Below, one piece after another: positions 12,555 through 24,732 of a DNA stretch of 64,000 nt. Origin of the DNA: Squalus acanthias (lineage: Eukaryota); contig JASTWF010000034.1 of NCBI GenBank assembly GCA_030390025.1, positions 1,798,001 to 1,862,000 on the forward strand, in the 5' to 3' direction. Within the stretch, counting starts at the first letter, position 1, and the number at the start of each line of letters is the position of its first letter. The notes beneath the pieces are model-generated. The model ran no database searches, was not told the origin of the DNA, and was given only the letters and a program-made list of their open reading frames with translations. The position numbers and the translations under genes are program-made.

Positions 12555-14340
12555 GCACAGAGAAAGAGCTGGGCGCTTCTGCGACGAGGCATTGGTGGCT
12601 CTGGTTGACGCTGTGGAACGGCGATGGGCAGTGCTGTTCCCTGAGAGTGGCAGGAGGCCATTGCCCCGGGAGTTGAGAACGGTGAGGAGGGAGGTGGCTC
12701 AGCACGTCTCCCCGAGGAGCCTGATGCCAAGAACCCACACGCAATGGCGGAAGAAGTTCAACAATCTCGCTCGGGCGATCAGGGTGAGTACCTGCTTTTC
12801 AAAACCTCTACATCCCTCCATCTAACTTCAATCTGTGCCCAGAGTGTTTAAAAACCCAAATGCATAACACTCATCCAAGACCTACGGCCATCGCATAAAA
12901 CACACATGCACATCCCACACCTTGGACACATTAACCGCTATTAAACTAGGGGAGGCACATCTGCCAACCACATGGCTGCACACAATAAGGGTTATTCAAC
13001 TATGGTAGGCACATCTGCCAATCACATGCCTGCACACAATAATGGCTGTTCAACTGTGGTAGGCACATCTGCCAGTCACATGCCTGCACACTCACACTCA
13101 CGCTGTACTTTTTCTTGCAGGCCAAGCTCTCTCATAACAGACGGGAGCAGCAACGCACGGGAGATGGACCGGCGGACCTACACCCCCTGACTGAGTTGGA
13201 GGACAGAGTGCACAGGATCGTTGCCAGCCAGGTCATAGGTGCCGTGGCCGCTGGAGAGGTCGACCTCCTTGGGACAGCAATGGTATGTTCATCAGCGTTC
13301 TCTCCTCTCTCACACCTCTTCACCCTCACAACACCAGCCTTTTACACTTTCAATCCAACTAACTGTCTCCAGTCCCTGCTCCCTTGCTGCCCCCCTGCCC
13401 TCACACTAAAGCCACCCTTGTACCTTCCTGCTTTCCGATAGTGAACCACCAGATCACCAGCCTGTCCCTCGAACTGCTAGTGGCAGCGGTGTGCCAGGCG
13501 AGGAGGAAGAGGAAGCCAGAGCCTCATTGCCTGCGTCTCCCGAGGGTGACACTTCAGACAGTCGGGCCACGCCTTCCCGAGAGGGGAGCAGGGTGTTAGG
13601 GTCTGATGAAGGCGAAACTCCTGGACCCAGCGTTCTGCAGCAATGCCATGGGGGTAGGGAAGTTCGATAACCATCTCCCCGGTGGGTGATTAGGCGCGGG
13701 AGTTCTTACGCACTGGAGTCGCATGAGGAGCTCGAAATCACGGCCATGTATACCCAGGCATTCAGCATGCACACTGAGCTGATGGGTGCAATGGCACGGG
13801 TGCCCGACAGCATGGATGGACTGGCAAGGAGTGTGGAGGAGTCCGCCATTAGCACAGCTGTCATCTGTGTGCAAGCGCTTGATCCCATCCTTGCCTGGTC
13901 GCAGAGGATGTTGGAATTGCAGGGAGACCGTGTGGAACCAGAGCCGCGTGTAATGGATGAGGTGGCAGGATCCGTGGCAGGATCCATTGCAGCACAGGCC
14001 GATGCAATGCAATGACATAGTGCTGCAATTGAACTGATTGGCTGGTGCCATCCAGTCTCAGACTGCTCTCATGCAGTCTCAGATTGATCTCACGCAAGCA
14101 CTCAGTGGCATCCTCAGTGGGTCGCCCACAGTCCTCCTGGGAATCTCACAGTACCGCAGCTTTCCAGCAAACTGTGCTCCAGAAGATTGCTCCGGATACT
14201 AAGGTTCTGCCCCAATGGAGTGGCAGTGTGTTGGTCGAGCAGGAAGGTGCTGTCCCCTCTCAGGATGAAAGCATTCCTGATCCCAACACTGCCATTTCCC
14301 CATTGCCCTTGGCCCGGCCTGCAACACACCCAGCCCAGGA
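12555..14340 (+). pseudogene. Harbinger Myb/SANT-like DNA-binding gene, intron-containing
   Basis: RFCDEALVALVDAVERRWAVLF..RTHTQWRKKFNNL, GT donor 12784; AG acceptor 13120 then AKLSHNRREQQRTGDGP, donor 13283; degenerate third exon. Confidence 0.8.
12953..13090. repeat. 54-bp tandem repeat (~2.5 copies) in the Myb gene intron
   Basis: GGCACATCTGCCAA..CACATG.CTGCACAC repeated three times. Confidence 0.85.
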
Positions 14341-14512
14341 GAACGAGTTTTGTAAGTTCATGAATTGTTGGGTTTGCTTCTAATTGCTTGTCCTGAATAA
14401 ATGACAGTGTTTGTAATATAAATATTTTTTTTTATTGTTACTTTACATCTTTCCTGATTTGACTAATTGCAGCTTCGCCCGGCAATCGGGGGTGCGGGAT
14501 GCTTTCAATGAT

Positions 14513-15300
14513 GTGGCAAAAACAGTAAGGCAGATTATTATCTGAACGGCAATAGATTGGGAAAAGGGGAAGTGCAACGAGACCTGGGTGTCCTTGTCCA
14601 CCAGTCACTGAAGGTAAACATGCAGGTACAGCAGGCGGTTAAGAAGGCAAATGGTATGTTGGCCTTCATAGCGAGTGAATTCGAGTACAGGGGCAAGGAT
14701 GTCTTGCTGCAGTTGTACAGGGCCTTGGTGAGACCATATCCTGAGTACTGTGTGCAGTTTTGGTCGCCTTATCTGAGGAAGGATGTTCTTTCCATGGAGA
14801 GAGTGCAGCGAAGATTCACCAGACTGATACCTGGGATGGCAGGAATGACGTATGAAGAGAGATTGGGTCGATTGGGCTTGTATTCGCTAGAGTTTAGAAG
14901 AATGAGAGGGGATCTCATTGAAACTTATAAAATTCTAACAGGACTAGACAGACTAGGTGCAGGATGGATGTTCCCGATGGTGGGCGAGTCCTGAACCAGG
15001 GGTTACAGTCTAAGGATTAGGGGTGAGCCATTTAGGATTGAGTTGAGGAGGAATTTCTTCACCCAGAGAGTGGTGAACCTGTGGAATTCTCTACCACAGT
15101 TGAGTCCAATTCATTAAATATATTCAAGAAGGAGATAGATGTATTTCATAAGACTAAGGGGATCAAGGGATATGGGGAGAAAGCAGGGACAGGGTACTCA
15201 ATTTGGATGATCAGCCATGATCGCATTGAATGGCGGAGCAGGCTCGAGGGGCCGAATGGCCTATTCCTGCTCCTATCTTCTATGTTTCTATGTTTCTATG
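14513..15300 (+). mobile_element. CR1 3' fragment inserted in the Harbinger element
   Basis: ORF 14557..14994 is an RT C-terminus; (TTTCTATG)n tail. Confidence 0.92.
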
Positions 15301-15307
15301 TGCTTCT

Positions 15308-16398
15308 TCATCCCAGAAGCCATCTTCTCAGTAAAGGGTTAGAATCAGTGTCTAATGAGCCAGTCACGGACTGCCCTTGTAGTGGCAACATTGTGCGCCT
15401 CCCTCCCACGTTGGTGCTGCTGATTCTCCTCCTCCTCCTCCTCGCTCTCTTCCTCCTTCTCCTCAGGTGATGCACCAAATCTGGTGGCAATGGCTGGGTC
15501 CTCATGATTGAAATGTTATGAAGCATGCAGCACTCAACAATGAAGAGGAAACTCGCTCGGGAGATTGCTGCAGGGCTCCTCCTGAGGGGTCCAGACACTT
15601 GAACCGTTGTTTCAAGACACCGGTCGTGTGCTCTATGAGGTTCCTGGTGGCGCTATGGCTCTCATTGTATTGCCACTCGGCAGGGGTGTTGGGGTTATGC
15701 AGCGGTGTCATCAGCCAGGTCCTGAGTGGATAACCCTTGCCCCCGAGGAGCCATCCACTAGGTTGACACGATGGTAGGAAGAGGTCTGGCGCAGGATAAA
15801 GTTGTTGTCGCTGCTGCCAGGATAGAGGGCATTGACGGCGAGGATGAGCTGTCTGTGGTCACAGACCAACTGGACATTCAGAGAGTGGATGACCTTGTGG
15901 TTTCTGAAGACCTCTGAATTTACATGAGGTGCCCAAAATGACAGATGCATGCAGTCAAAGGCGCTCTGAACCATGGGGAAGCCCGCTATCCTTGCAAAGC
16001 CACATGCACGTTCGTGCTGTTTGTCCTGGGTCATGGGAAGAAATGTGCTGGCGTCTCCTCTTCTACAAAGCCTTTGACACCTCTCAGATGCAACAATGAA
16101 CAGCGAACTGGGAGATATTCACTATGTCCCCAGTAGAAGCCTGAAAGGAACCGCTGACTTAGAAATTCAGAGCCACTGTCACCCTCACTGCCATCGACAG
16201 AGACGTCCTGGTCCTGAGCTGAGGGTGCAGATCTGGTTGCAGGAGGCGGCAGAGCTCAGTGACCACCTCCTTGCTGAAGTGCGGCCATTGGACACTCTGC
16301 TCCTCAGACAAATGGATATAGGAGGAGAATTGCTCCCTGAATACACTGGGAGGGTAAGGTCTCATGATGGCCCTACTCCCTCTGGTCGCGTTTGCCAC
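15308..16398 (-). pseudogene. Harbinger DDE transposase (HARBI1-like), frameshifted
   Basis: [64 protein letters not shown] across several frames. Confidence 0.92.
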
Positions 16399-17163
16399 TC
16401 TCTCTCTCTCTGCGCCTCTGCTGTCCCCAAGTTAGAGCGGCCCACATCGAAGCTTCTAAATATCGTTAGAAGGAAGGTGAAATAAAAATAACCCTCCAAA
16501 TTGGTGCTCAGGACCCAAAACTCCTTCGGTGAGTGTCGAATCTCTCCAGACGTGTCTCAACCTGCATGTAACAAAAATTTTGCTGACAACAAACGGCAGG
16601 AGGCAACCGCTATTAAATCACGCTCCCCCAGCCACTTCCCGACTTGAAAACATTCCCCATCTACGTGTCGTTCCTAGCTGTAGGCGCTAAGGCAGGGGAC
16701 GCGGCTCAATTTTCAGTCCGGGGCATTACCGGGGAGTTGCATGCTCGACTGATGTCACGATCTGCAGGCGCATGAGATCGTGGCGGCAGTGTTCAGTGCC
16801 AGCGCAAAATGTCTGGTCAATTTCGTGAGCGGCGCTAAAATAGCAGCGCTCGGGCGCTAAGCGCCTATCGCCCCGTTTCCCCTCCCCCCCCCCCCCCGAA
16901 AGTGCTCAGGGGAGCTGCTAACCAACCGACTTTTCCCCCCATGATTATCTGTGTTTCTCGCTTTGTCGTTCCCCATCCCATCCGCTCTGCTGCCAGCTAT
17001 TGATTCTGAAGGTATTTCGTTAAACCAAGATTCAAATGTTCAACTCAAGTAAATTTATTGGAGGTGACTCTTTATTTAACGAATTTCAGTCTACTACCTA
17101 CACTGGACATTAGTATCAGATCAGATGAATGCTGTCTTGGTTTAGGAGACTTTTCACCTAATG

Positions 17164-17295
17164 GCGAAAGGCCATCGACCTGAAACGTTAACTCTGTTTC
17201 TCTCTCTGTCCAAAGATGCTGTCTGACCCGCTGAGTATTTCCATCATTTTCTGTTTTCATTTCAGATTTCCAGAATCCGCAGTATTTTGCTTTTG
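17164..17295 (+). mobile_element. Short Penelope repeat fragment with 13-bp TSD
   Basis: GACCTGAAACGTTAACTC..CCGCAGTATTTTGC; TSD TTTTCACCTAATG at 17151-17163 and 17296-17308; duplicated at ~63584-63713. Confidence 0.8.
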
Positions 17296-18610
17296 TTTTC
17301 ACCTAATGCTCGGTATGGATACTTACAGAGTCACAGGAACAAATCCTGGCAGATCACATCCACATCTTTAAATGTCTGAAATATCCGCTAATCATTCAGT
17401 TCCAGTCAGTGTCTCCTTTCCCACCCTCTCCAGTTCTGCATTATTGGCACTGCTTCTGATGGTTAAAGTAAGATTACAAGGATAATTTACATTCTCACAA
17501 AACGTTAATTCAGACAGATTTCAATACATTTATTTCCAATCGTTGTTTTGAATTTACAATTGGATCCCATGCCCGTCTGTCACAGTTCAGTGGATCTGTC
17601 AGTGAGACCCAGAGTGATTCTCTATTGCCTCCTGCTGTACTTCAGGATAAACAATCCCAGCTGATTGTAACTGAAGTACTGAGGATAAGAAAATCCTTTG
17701 ATATCTTCTCGTCTAATATTCTCTGCACAAGTTGGAAACAACAGGTGAAAAAGTACAAGGATAAATCTCTTCCATTTGTGTTCAGATACTTTACAACAGC
17801 ATTCGGCGGCACTTTGCCTGTGGGTTAAGTCGTCTGATTTCGATGCTGATAAATGCATTTAGTGGGACATTACCTGGTCAATCATCACTATTTACTTTAA
17901 TTCAGAATCCATTATTTGCAATGTTACTTGGCAAATCTTCCTTTCAATGATTTAGAATTTGTATATTTCAACAAAAATGCAGAAAACTCAATCTTTAAAA
18001 CATATCTGATAGCCCAGTTATCTTTGTAACTGCAGTGCCCTTGTATTTATTATCTTAGCATTGTCGTATTACATCAGTACATTTTACTTACAATTGTCTG
18101 TAACTATTGCATGCGAAGGTTGCAGTTTCTGTACTTTGCTGTTGCATTCATTTTCAGTTCTAAATAGAATGGATATTCTAACCAAGAGCAGGAATCCAAG
18201 CGGGATTTCCCCCTCCCTAACACAGGGGCACAGAAGCGAACTGCACCGCTCCAAATGCTGACTGATCCCGGGACACGAAGGCTTCCTGAGAGGGTCTGGT
18301 CCTTTGTGTCCCTGATACCTCGGGCGGTGCTTTTGTCTGCTGGGCTAAATTTAGATCGATCATTTAATCTTTCCTTGATCAAACATCTGTTACTTTCATA
18401 TTGTATTTATTCCCATTTCAGTTACTGATTCCACAATGTATTCCCGATTATTCTTACAATAAGCCCTGTATTCAGCTCTACAGGTAATAGGATTAGATTA
18501 TATCATTCAATGTCGGTTAGAGTTGCAGATTTCACCCCGAATTCCCTCAAACTGCTGCTTTTGCTCCCAGCCTGATGAATAATTTCCCTGTTTATTTCCC
18601 TTCCTCACAG

Positions 18611-19512
18611 TAAACTTAGTGACGATTGTGATCCTGTCTCGGGGAAAGTGTGGACTCTCCAAATGTGTCACTCGCTACCTGGTGGCCATGGCAGCGGCGG
18701 ATCTACTGGTCGTTATCCTCGACCTGATATTGAGGCACATTCCGATTAGTTATTGGGAACAGTTTATTTTCGTGGTGTCTATCCGCGTGTGTAATATCCA
18801 CGCCGTCCTGCTGTTCGCAGCCACAGACTGTTCTGTCTGGTTCACCGTCACTTTCACCTTTGATCGATTTGTGGCCATTTGTTGCCAGAAGCTGAAAACT
18901 AAATATTGCACCGAGAAAACGGCGGCTGTGGTTCTGGGAACAGTGACTGTGCTGAGCGGTTTAAAGAACATCATCTGGTATTTTATGTTCACAGGTCGGT
19001 ATTTGCTTGGGAACGCCCCCTGGTTTTGTGATGTCACAGAGGATATTCAGAGGTCACGGGTTTGGGGATCAATCGAGTTCCTTCATTATATTCTCACCCC
19101 GTGTGTCCCATTTGTGGTGATTCTGCTGCTCAATGCTGTCACCGTCAGACACATTTTAGTGGCCAGCAGAGCCCGCAGGAGACTCCGGGGTCCCAGCAGT
19201 GGGGAGAGTCCCAGAGACCCAGAGATGGAGAGTCGCAGGAAATCCATCATTTTACTGCTTGTTATCTCCGGGAATTTCATCCTGTTATGGGCAGTGTTTA
19301 TGGTGTTTTCTATATGTAACCGGATGCAGCTTTTAAGGAATAAGGCTATTTATATACCGCATTATGTAATGGAACTGGGATTCATGCTGCAGCTGCTGAG
19401 TTGCTGCACAAACACTGGGATTTACGCCGTGACCCAGACTAAGTTTAGACAGCAGTTGAAAAAAGTGGGGAAATATCCCTTTACTCTGATTGTAAAATTC
19501 ATTAAAGGATGA
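18611..19512 (+). CDS. Exon 2 of a class A GPCR, GPR139/GPR142-like (end of TM1 to C-terminus)
   Basis: Polypyrimidine tract + CAG acceptor at 18610, phase 1; open frame NLVTIVILSRGKCGLS..YLVAMAAADLL..TFDRFVAIC..PFVVILLLN..CCTNTGIY; hydrophobic TM segments; no stops. Confidence 0.93.
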
Positions 19513-19565
19513 GAAGAAGCGGAGAATTTGCAGCCCAAGAGTTGATAGTTCACAGGGTCTCATAT

Positions 19566-21198
19566 GTTGGTGCCCCGCCCAAAGATGGCGGCTCCGGGGC
19601 CCCGCACAAAGATGGCGGCCCGGCGTCCCGCACAAAGATGGCGGCACCGGCGCCCCGCACAAAGATGGTGGCATCGGCGCCCCGCACAACAATGGCGGCT
19701 CTGGGGCACAGCACAAAGATGGCGGCTCCGCATAAAAATGGCGACTCTGGTTACTGCACAAAAATGGCGGCTCCGGGGCCCCGCACAAAGATGGCGGCTC
19801 TGGGGATCCGCACAAAGATGGCGGCTCTGGGGCCACCCACAAAGATGGCGGCTCTGGGTCCTGCACTAAGATGGCGGCTCTGGGGAACAACAAAAACATG
19901 GCGGCTCTGGGGTTCCGCAAAGATTTGGCGGTTCTGGGACGCCGCACGAGTATGGCGGCTTTGGGGCCCAGCACAAATATGGCGGCTCTGTAGACTCCCG
20001 CCCAAAAATGGCGGGCGACGGGCCCGCACAAAAATTGCGGTTCTGGGGCCCAGCACAAAGATGGCTGCTCCGGGTCCCATACAAAAATGGCAGCTCCGGG
20101 GCCCAGTACAAAGATAGCGGCTCCGGGGCCCAGCACAAAGATGGCGGCTCCAGGGCCCAGCACAAAAATGGCGGCTCCGGGGCCCAGCACAAAGATGGCG
20201 GCTTCGCGGCCCCGCACAAAGATGGCGGCTCCGGGGCCCCGCACAACAATGGCGGCTCTGGGGCTCCGCAGAAAAATGGCGGCTCCGGAGCCCCGCACAA
20301 ATATGGCGGCTCCGTGCCCAGCACAAAAATGGTGGCTCCGGGGCCCCGCACAATAATGGCGGCGCCTGCGCCGGACTGAAAAATGGTGGCTCTGTAGCCC
20401 CGCACAAAGATGGTTGCTCTGGGGTCCCAACAAAATGGCGGCTCTAGGGCCCCGCACAAAGATGGCGGCTCTGGGGTCCGCAAAAAGTTGGCGGCTCTGT
20501 AGACTCCCGCCCAAAAATGGCGGGTCTGGGGCCCCGCACAAAGATGGAGGCTCTGGGGACCCGCTCAAAGAATGCGGCTCTGGGGCCCAGCACAAAGATA
20601 GCGGCACCGGGGCCCAGAACAAATATGGCGGCTCTGGGGCCCAGCTCAAAGATGGCGGCTCCGGGGCCCAGCACAAAAATGGTGGCTCCGGGGACCAGCA
20701 CAAAGATGGCGGCTCCGGGGCCCCGCACAACAATGGCGACTCTGGGGCCACGCACAAAGATGGCGGCTCCGGGTCCCCGCAAAACTATGGCGGCTCCGCG
20801 GCCCCGAACAAAGATGGCGGCGCTGGGGCACAGCACAAGTATGGCGGCTCCGTGCCAAGCACAAAGATGGCGGCTCCGGGGCTCCGCACAAAAATGGCGG
20901 CTCCTGCGGCGGACTGAAAGATGGCGGCTCTGGAGCCACGCACAAAGATGGTGGCTCTGGGGCCCGAACAAAGATGGCGGCTCTGCGGCCCCGCACAAAG
21001 ATGGCAGCTCTGGGGCCCTGCACAAAGATGGCAGCTCTGGGGCCCCACACGATGATGGCGGCACAGGGGACACCCACAAAGATGGCGGCTCTGGGGCCCC
21101 GCACAAAGATGGTGGCTCCTGGGCCCCGCACAAGGATTGCGGCTCTGGGGCACCGCACAAGGATTGCGGCTCTGGGGCTCCGCACAAGGATTGCGGCA
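19566..21198. repeat. 27-bp GC/CpG-rich minisatellite, ~60 units, most carrying AAGATGGCGGC or a close variant
   Basis: Unit GCACAAAGATGGCGGCTCCGGGGCCCC; 9-aa periodicity in ORFs on both strands. Confidence 0.97.
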
Positions 21199-21511
21199 GT
21201 CACTCAGGGTCTTTCCCTGGCGGCGGGCGGCGAGTGTCTGGATGGCGGGAGCAGTTGGAGTCCCGGTTACTGTGAGAGCGGGCGGCGAGGCGGAGCAGCC
21301 TGCCCGGCACGGCCCACAGGACCCCGAGCAGCCCAGCACGGGGAGGAGCTGGCCCGGCACCAGGACTTTATTAGTCATTATAACACTTTAAAATCATTGC
21401 ACCACTTTACAGATCTTTTATAACCCTTTATAAATCATTATGACCATTAATAAAACATTATGATGCGTTTTCAATCATTATGACACTTAATAAATCATTT
21501 TTATAACTAAT

Positions 21512-22120
21512 TCTTGGGATGTGGGCGTCGCTGACGAAGCCAGCATTTATTGCCCATCCCTAATTGCCATTGAGCGGGTGGTGATGAGCCAGCTGAGACA
21601 AGTAAAATGTCTTGACGGGCCATTTCAGAGGCCAGGTAAGAGTCAACCACATTGCAGTGGGTCTGGAGTCACATTTCTGCCAGACCAGGTAAGGACAGCA
21701 GATTTCCTTCCCGAAAGACATTAGTGACCCAGATGGGATTTTACGACAATCCGGTACTTTCATTGTCACCATTATTGACACAAGCATTTCATTCCAGATT
21801 TGTTTAATTAATTGAATTTAAATTCCCCCAGCATTTGGGATTTGAACACATGTCTCTGGATCATATGTCCAGTCATCTGGTATTAACTAGTTCAGCAACA
21901 TAACCACTATGCAACCGTACCCATCAAATATATCGCCGTTCTTTCATCGTCACTGGGTCATAAGCTTGAAAATCCTTCAGTAACAGTATTGTGGGAGCAC
22001 CTTCACCACACGGACTGCAGCGGCTCAAGATGAAGGCCCACCATTTTCTCATGGGTAACTAGGGATGGACAAGTGAAACCAACCTTGACAGCGTCACCCC
22101 TAGCCTGAGAACAAATACAT
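21512..22120 (-). mobile_element. Degenerate LINE/SINE 3'-end fragments
   Basis: GGGATGTGGGCGTCGCTG..ATTTATTGCCCATCCC matches 7255-7300; 21930-22100 matches the same family in the opposite orientation. Confidence 0.6.
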
Positions 22121-22371
22121 CGAAATAATAAAATAGGATTCAAATCAATGATTTTATAATTCATTGATTGAAACCAGATGAGGCCTGTGATCAGAGCGGG
22201 GCGTCAAGTACGCTAAACAAATTGTCAACACCATTTGGATCTCCAATTCTATCGTTGTATGATTGATACTACTCACACTTTCCTAATTTCCCAATCATTA
22301 CGAAAGGTGCTTGATAAAGTATCAGATAATACCAAAATTGAAGCCCATGGGATTAAAGTGGCAGTGACAAC

Positions 22372-23892
22372 AGGGTGTGGTGTGGGGTGTATCAGTATGT
22401 AAGAGAGAATTACATTGAGGGATGTATCAGAGTGTTACAATGAGGGGTGTGCGGTTTATCAGAGAGTTACAGTGAGGTGTGTGGGGTTCATCATAGTGTT
22501 ACAGTGAGGGTTGTGGGGTGTATCAGGGTGTTACAGTGAGGGGGTTGGTGTATATCAGTGTATTACAGTGAGGGGTGTGGGGTTTATCATAGTGTTACAG
22601 TGAGGTGTGTGGGGTGTATCAGAGTATTACAGTGATGGGGTTGGTGTACATCAGAGAGTTACAATGAGGGGTGTGGGGTTTATCAGCGTGTTGCAGTGAG
22701 GTGTGTGGGGTACATCAGAGTGTTACAGTGAGGTGTGTGGGGAACATCAGAGTGTTAAAGTGAAGTGTGTGCAGTATATCAGAGTGTAACAGTGTGGGGG
22801 TTGGGGAATATCAGAGTGTTGCAGCGACGAATATGAGGTAAATCAGAGAGTTAAGGTGAGGTGTGTGCTGTATATCAGGGTGTTACAGTGAGGGGTGTGG
22901 GGATTATCAGCATGTTGCAGTGAGGTGTGTGGGGTATATCATAGTGTTACCGTAAACGGTGTGGGGTATATCAGTGTGTTACATTGGTGGTTTTTGTGTG
23001 TATCAAAGTGTTGCAGCGAGAAGTGTGCGGTATATCTAAGCATTACAGTGGGGGGTATATCAGAGCATTACAGTGAGGGATGTGGGGTATATCAGAGCAT
23101 TACAGTGAGGGGTGTGTGGTATATCTGATTGTTAACGTGAGGTGAGTGGGGTATATTGGTCTGTTACAGTGAGAGGTTTGGAATATGTAAGAGAGGATTA
23201 AAGTAAGGGGTATATCATAGTGGTACAGAGAGGTGCGTGTGGTATATCAGTGTGTTACTGTAAGGGATGTGTGGAGTATAGCAGAGTTATAGTCAGGGGC
23301 GTGGGTTTATATCAGAGTGCTACAGTGAGGGGTGTTGGGTATATCGATATTTACAGTGAGGGGTGTGTGGGGTATATCAGAAGTTTTAAGCAGGGGAGTG
23401 GGTTTACATCAAAGATCTACAGTGAGGGGTGTGGGGTACATCAGAGTAATACAATGAGCGGTGTTGGGTATATCAGAGTGTTAAATTGAGAGGTGTGGTG
23501 TATAACAGAGTGTTACAATCAGGGGTGTGGGTTTATATGAGTGTTTTACATTGAAGGGTGTCGGGTATATCAGAGTGTTACAGCGAGGGATATGGAGTAT
23601 ATCACAGAGTGTTACAGTGAGAGGTGTGGGGTACATCACAGTAATACAATGAGCAGAGTTGGGTTAATTAACAGAGTGTTACAGTGAAAGGTGTGGTGTA
23701 TAACGGAGTGTTACAGTCAGGGGTGTGGGTTTATATCATTGTGTTACATTGAGGGGTGTTGGGTATATCAGAGTGTTACAGTGAGGGGTATGGAGTATAT
23801 CAGAGAGTGTTACAGTGAGGGGTATGGAGTATATCAGAGAGTGTTACAGTGAGAGGTGTGGGGTAAAACGGTGTGTTACAGTGAGAGGTTTA
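22372..23892. repeat. ~32-bp satellite (GTGAGGGGTGTGGGGTATATCAGAGTGTTACA)n
   Basis: Direct tandem units; continues at 24735-24808 and 34539-36050. Confidence 0.95.
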
Positions 23893-24732
23893 AGAACATA
23901 AGAACGGAAGAAATAGGAGCAGAAGTAGGCCATTCGGCCCCTTGAGCCTGCTCCACCATTCAATGACATCATGGCTGATTTTCTGTCTCAATTCCTTTCA
24001 CCGGCCTTATCTCGATATCCCTTGATGCCCTTACTAGTCAGAAATCTATCGACTTCTGTTTTGAATATATTCAATGACTGAGCCTCCACAGCCCTCTGGG
24101 GCAGAGAATTCCAAAGATTCACCACCCTCTGTGTGAAGAAATGTCTTTATTAGAGTTAGATATATTTCTAAAGGCTAAGGGGATCAAGGGATATGAGGAG
24201 AAGGCAGGTACAGGGTACTGAATTTGGATGATCAGCCATGATCGCATTAAATGGCGGAGCAGGCTCGAGGGGCCGAATTGCCTACTCCTGCTCCTATCTT
24301 CTATGATTCTATGTTTCTATGCTTCTCATCTCAGTCCTGAATGGCCTACCCTTTATCATAAGGCTGTGGCCCCTGGTTCTAGACTCCCCAACCAAGGGAA
24401 ACATTCTCCCAGCATCCAACCTATCAAGCACTGTACTAATTGTTTATGCTACAAAGAGATCCCCTCTCATTCTTCTGAATTCAAGAGAACACAGGCCTAG
24501 TTTACTTAATCTCTTCTCATATGACAGTCCCGTCTTCCCAGGAATCAATCTCGTGAACCTTCGTTGCACTCCCTCTATGGCAAGTATATCCTTCCTTAGG
24601 TAAAGGAACCAAAATTGTACACAGTACTCCAGGTGTGGTCACACCAAGGCCCTATATAATAGGAGGAAGACTTCTTTACTCCTGTACTCAAATCTTCTTG
24701 TAATGAAGGCCAGCATACCATTTGCCTTCCTT
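23893..24732 (-). mobile_element. Minus-strand CR1 3' fragment with a short plus-strand CR1 3' end (24150-24320) inserted
   Basis: AAGAACATAAGAAC tail and reverse-complement RT C-terminal sequence; the insert matches the CR1 3'UTR. Confidence 0.85.

Larger units (their letters stand above)
12496..16940. mobile_element. Harbinger/PIF DNA transposon (Myb/SANT gene + DDE transposase, convergent), degenerate
   Basis: Degenerate terminal inverted repeats (GCGGACAAATTGGG / CCGACTTTTCCCCCC), 3-bp TSD ATG at 12493-12495 and 16941-16943; flanks rejoin into the intronic repeat unit. Confidence 0.85.

Noticed and set aside
15308..16398. Domesticated HARBI1 / NAIF1 host genes
   Set aside because: Multiple frameshifts and stops, plus terminal repeats and a TSD, indicate a dead transposon.
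18619..19512. Single-exon GPCR starting at 18619
   Set aside because: That start is GTG and TM1 is incomplete; a strong splice acceptor lies at 18610.
19333..21423. Long ORFs (up to 474 aa) in many frames
   Set aside because: By-product of a stop-poor 27-bp GC-rich repeat, open on both strands with no domain signal.
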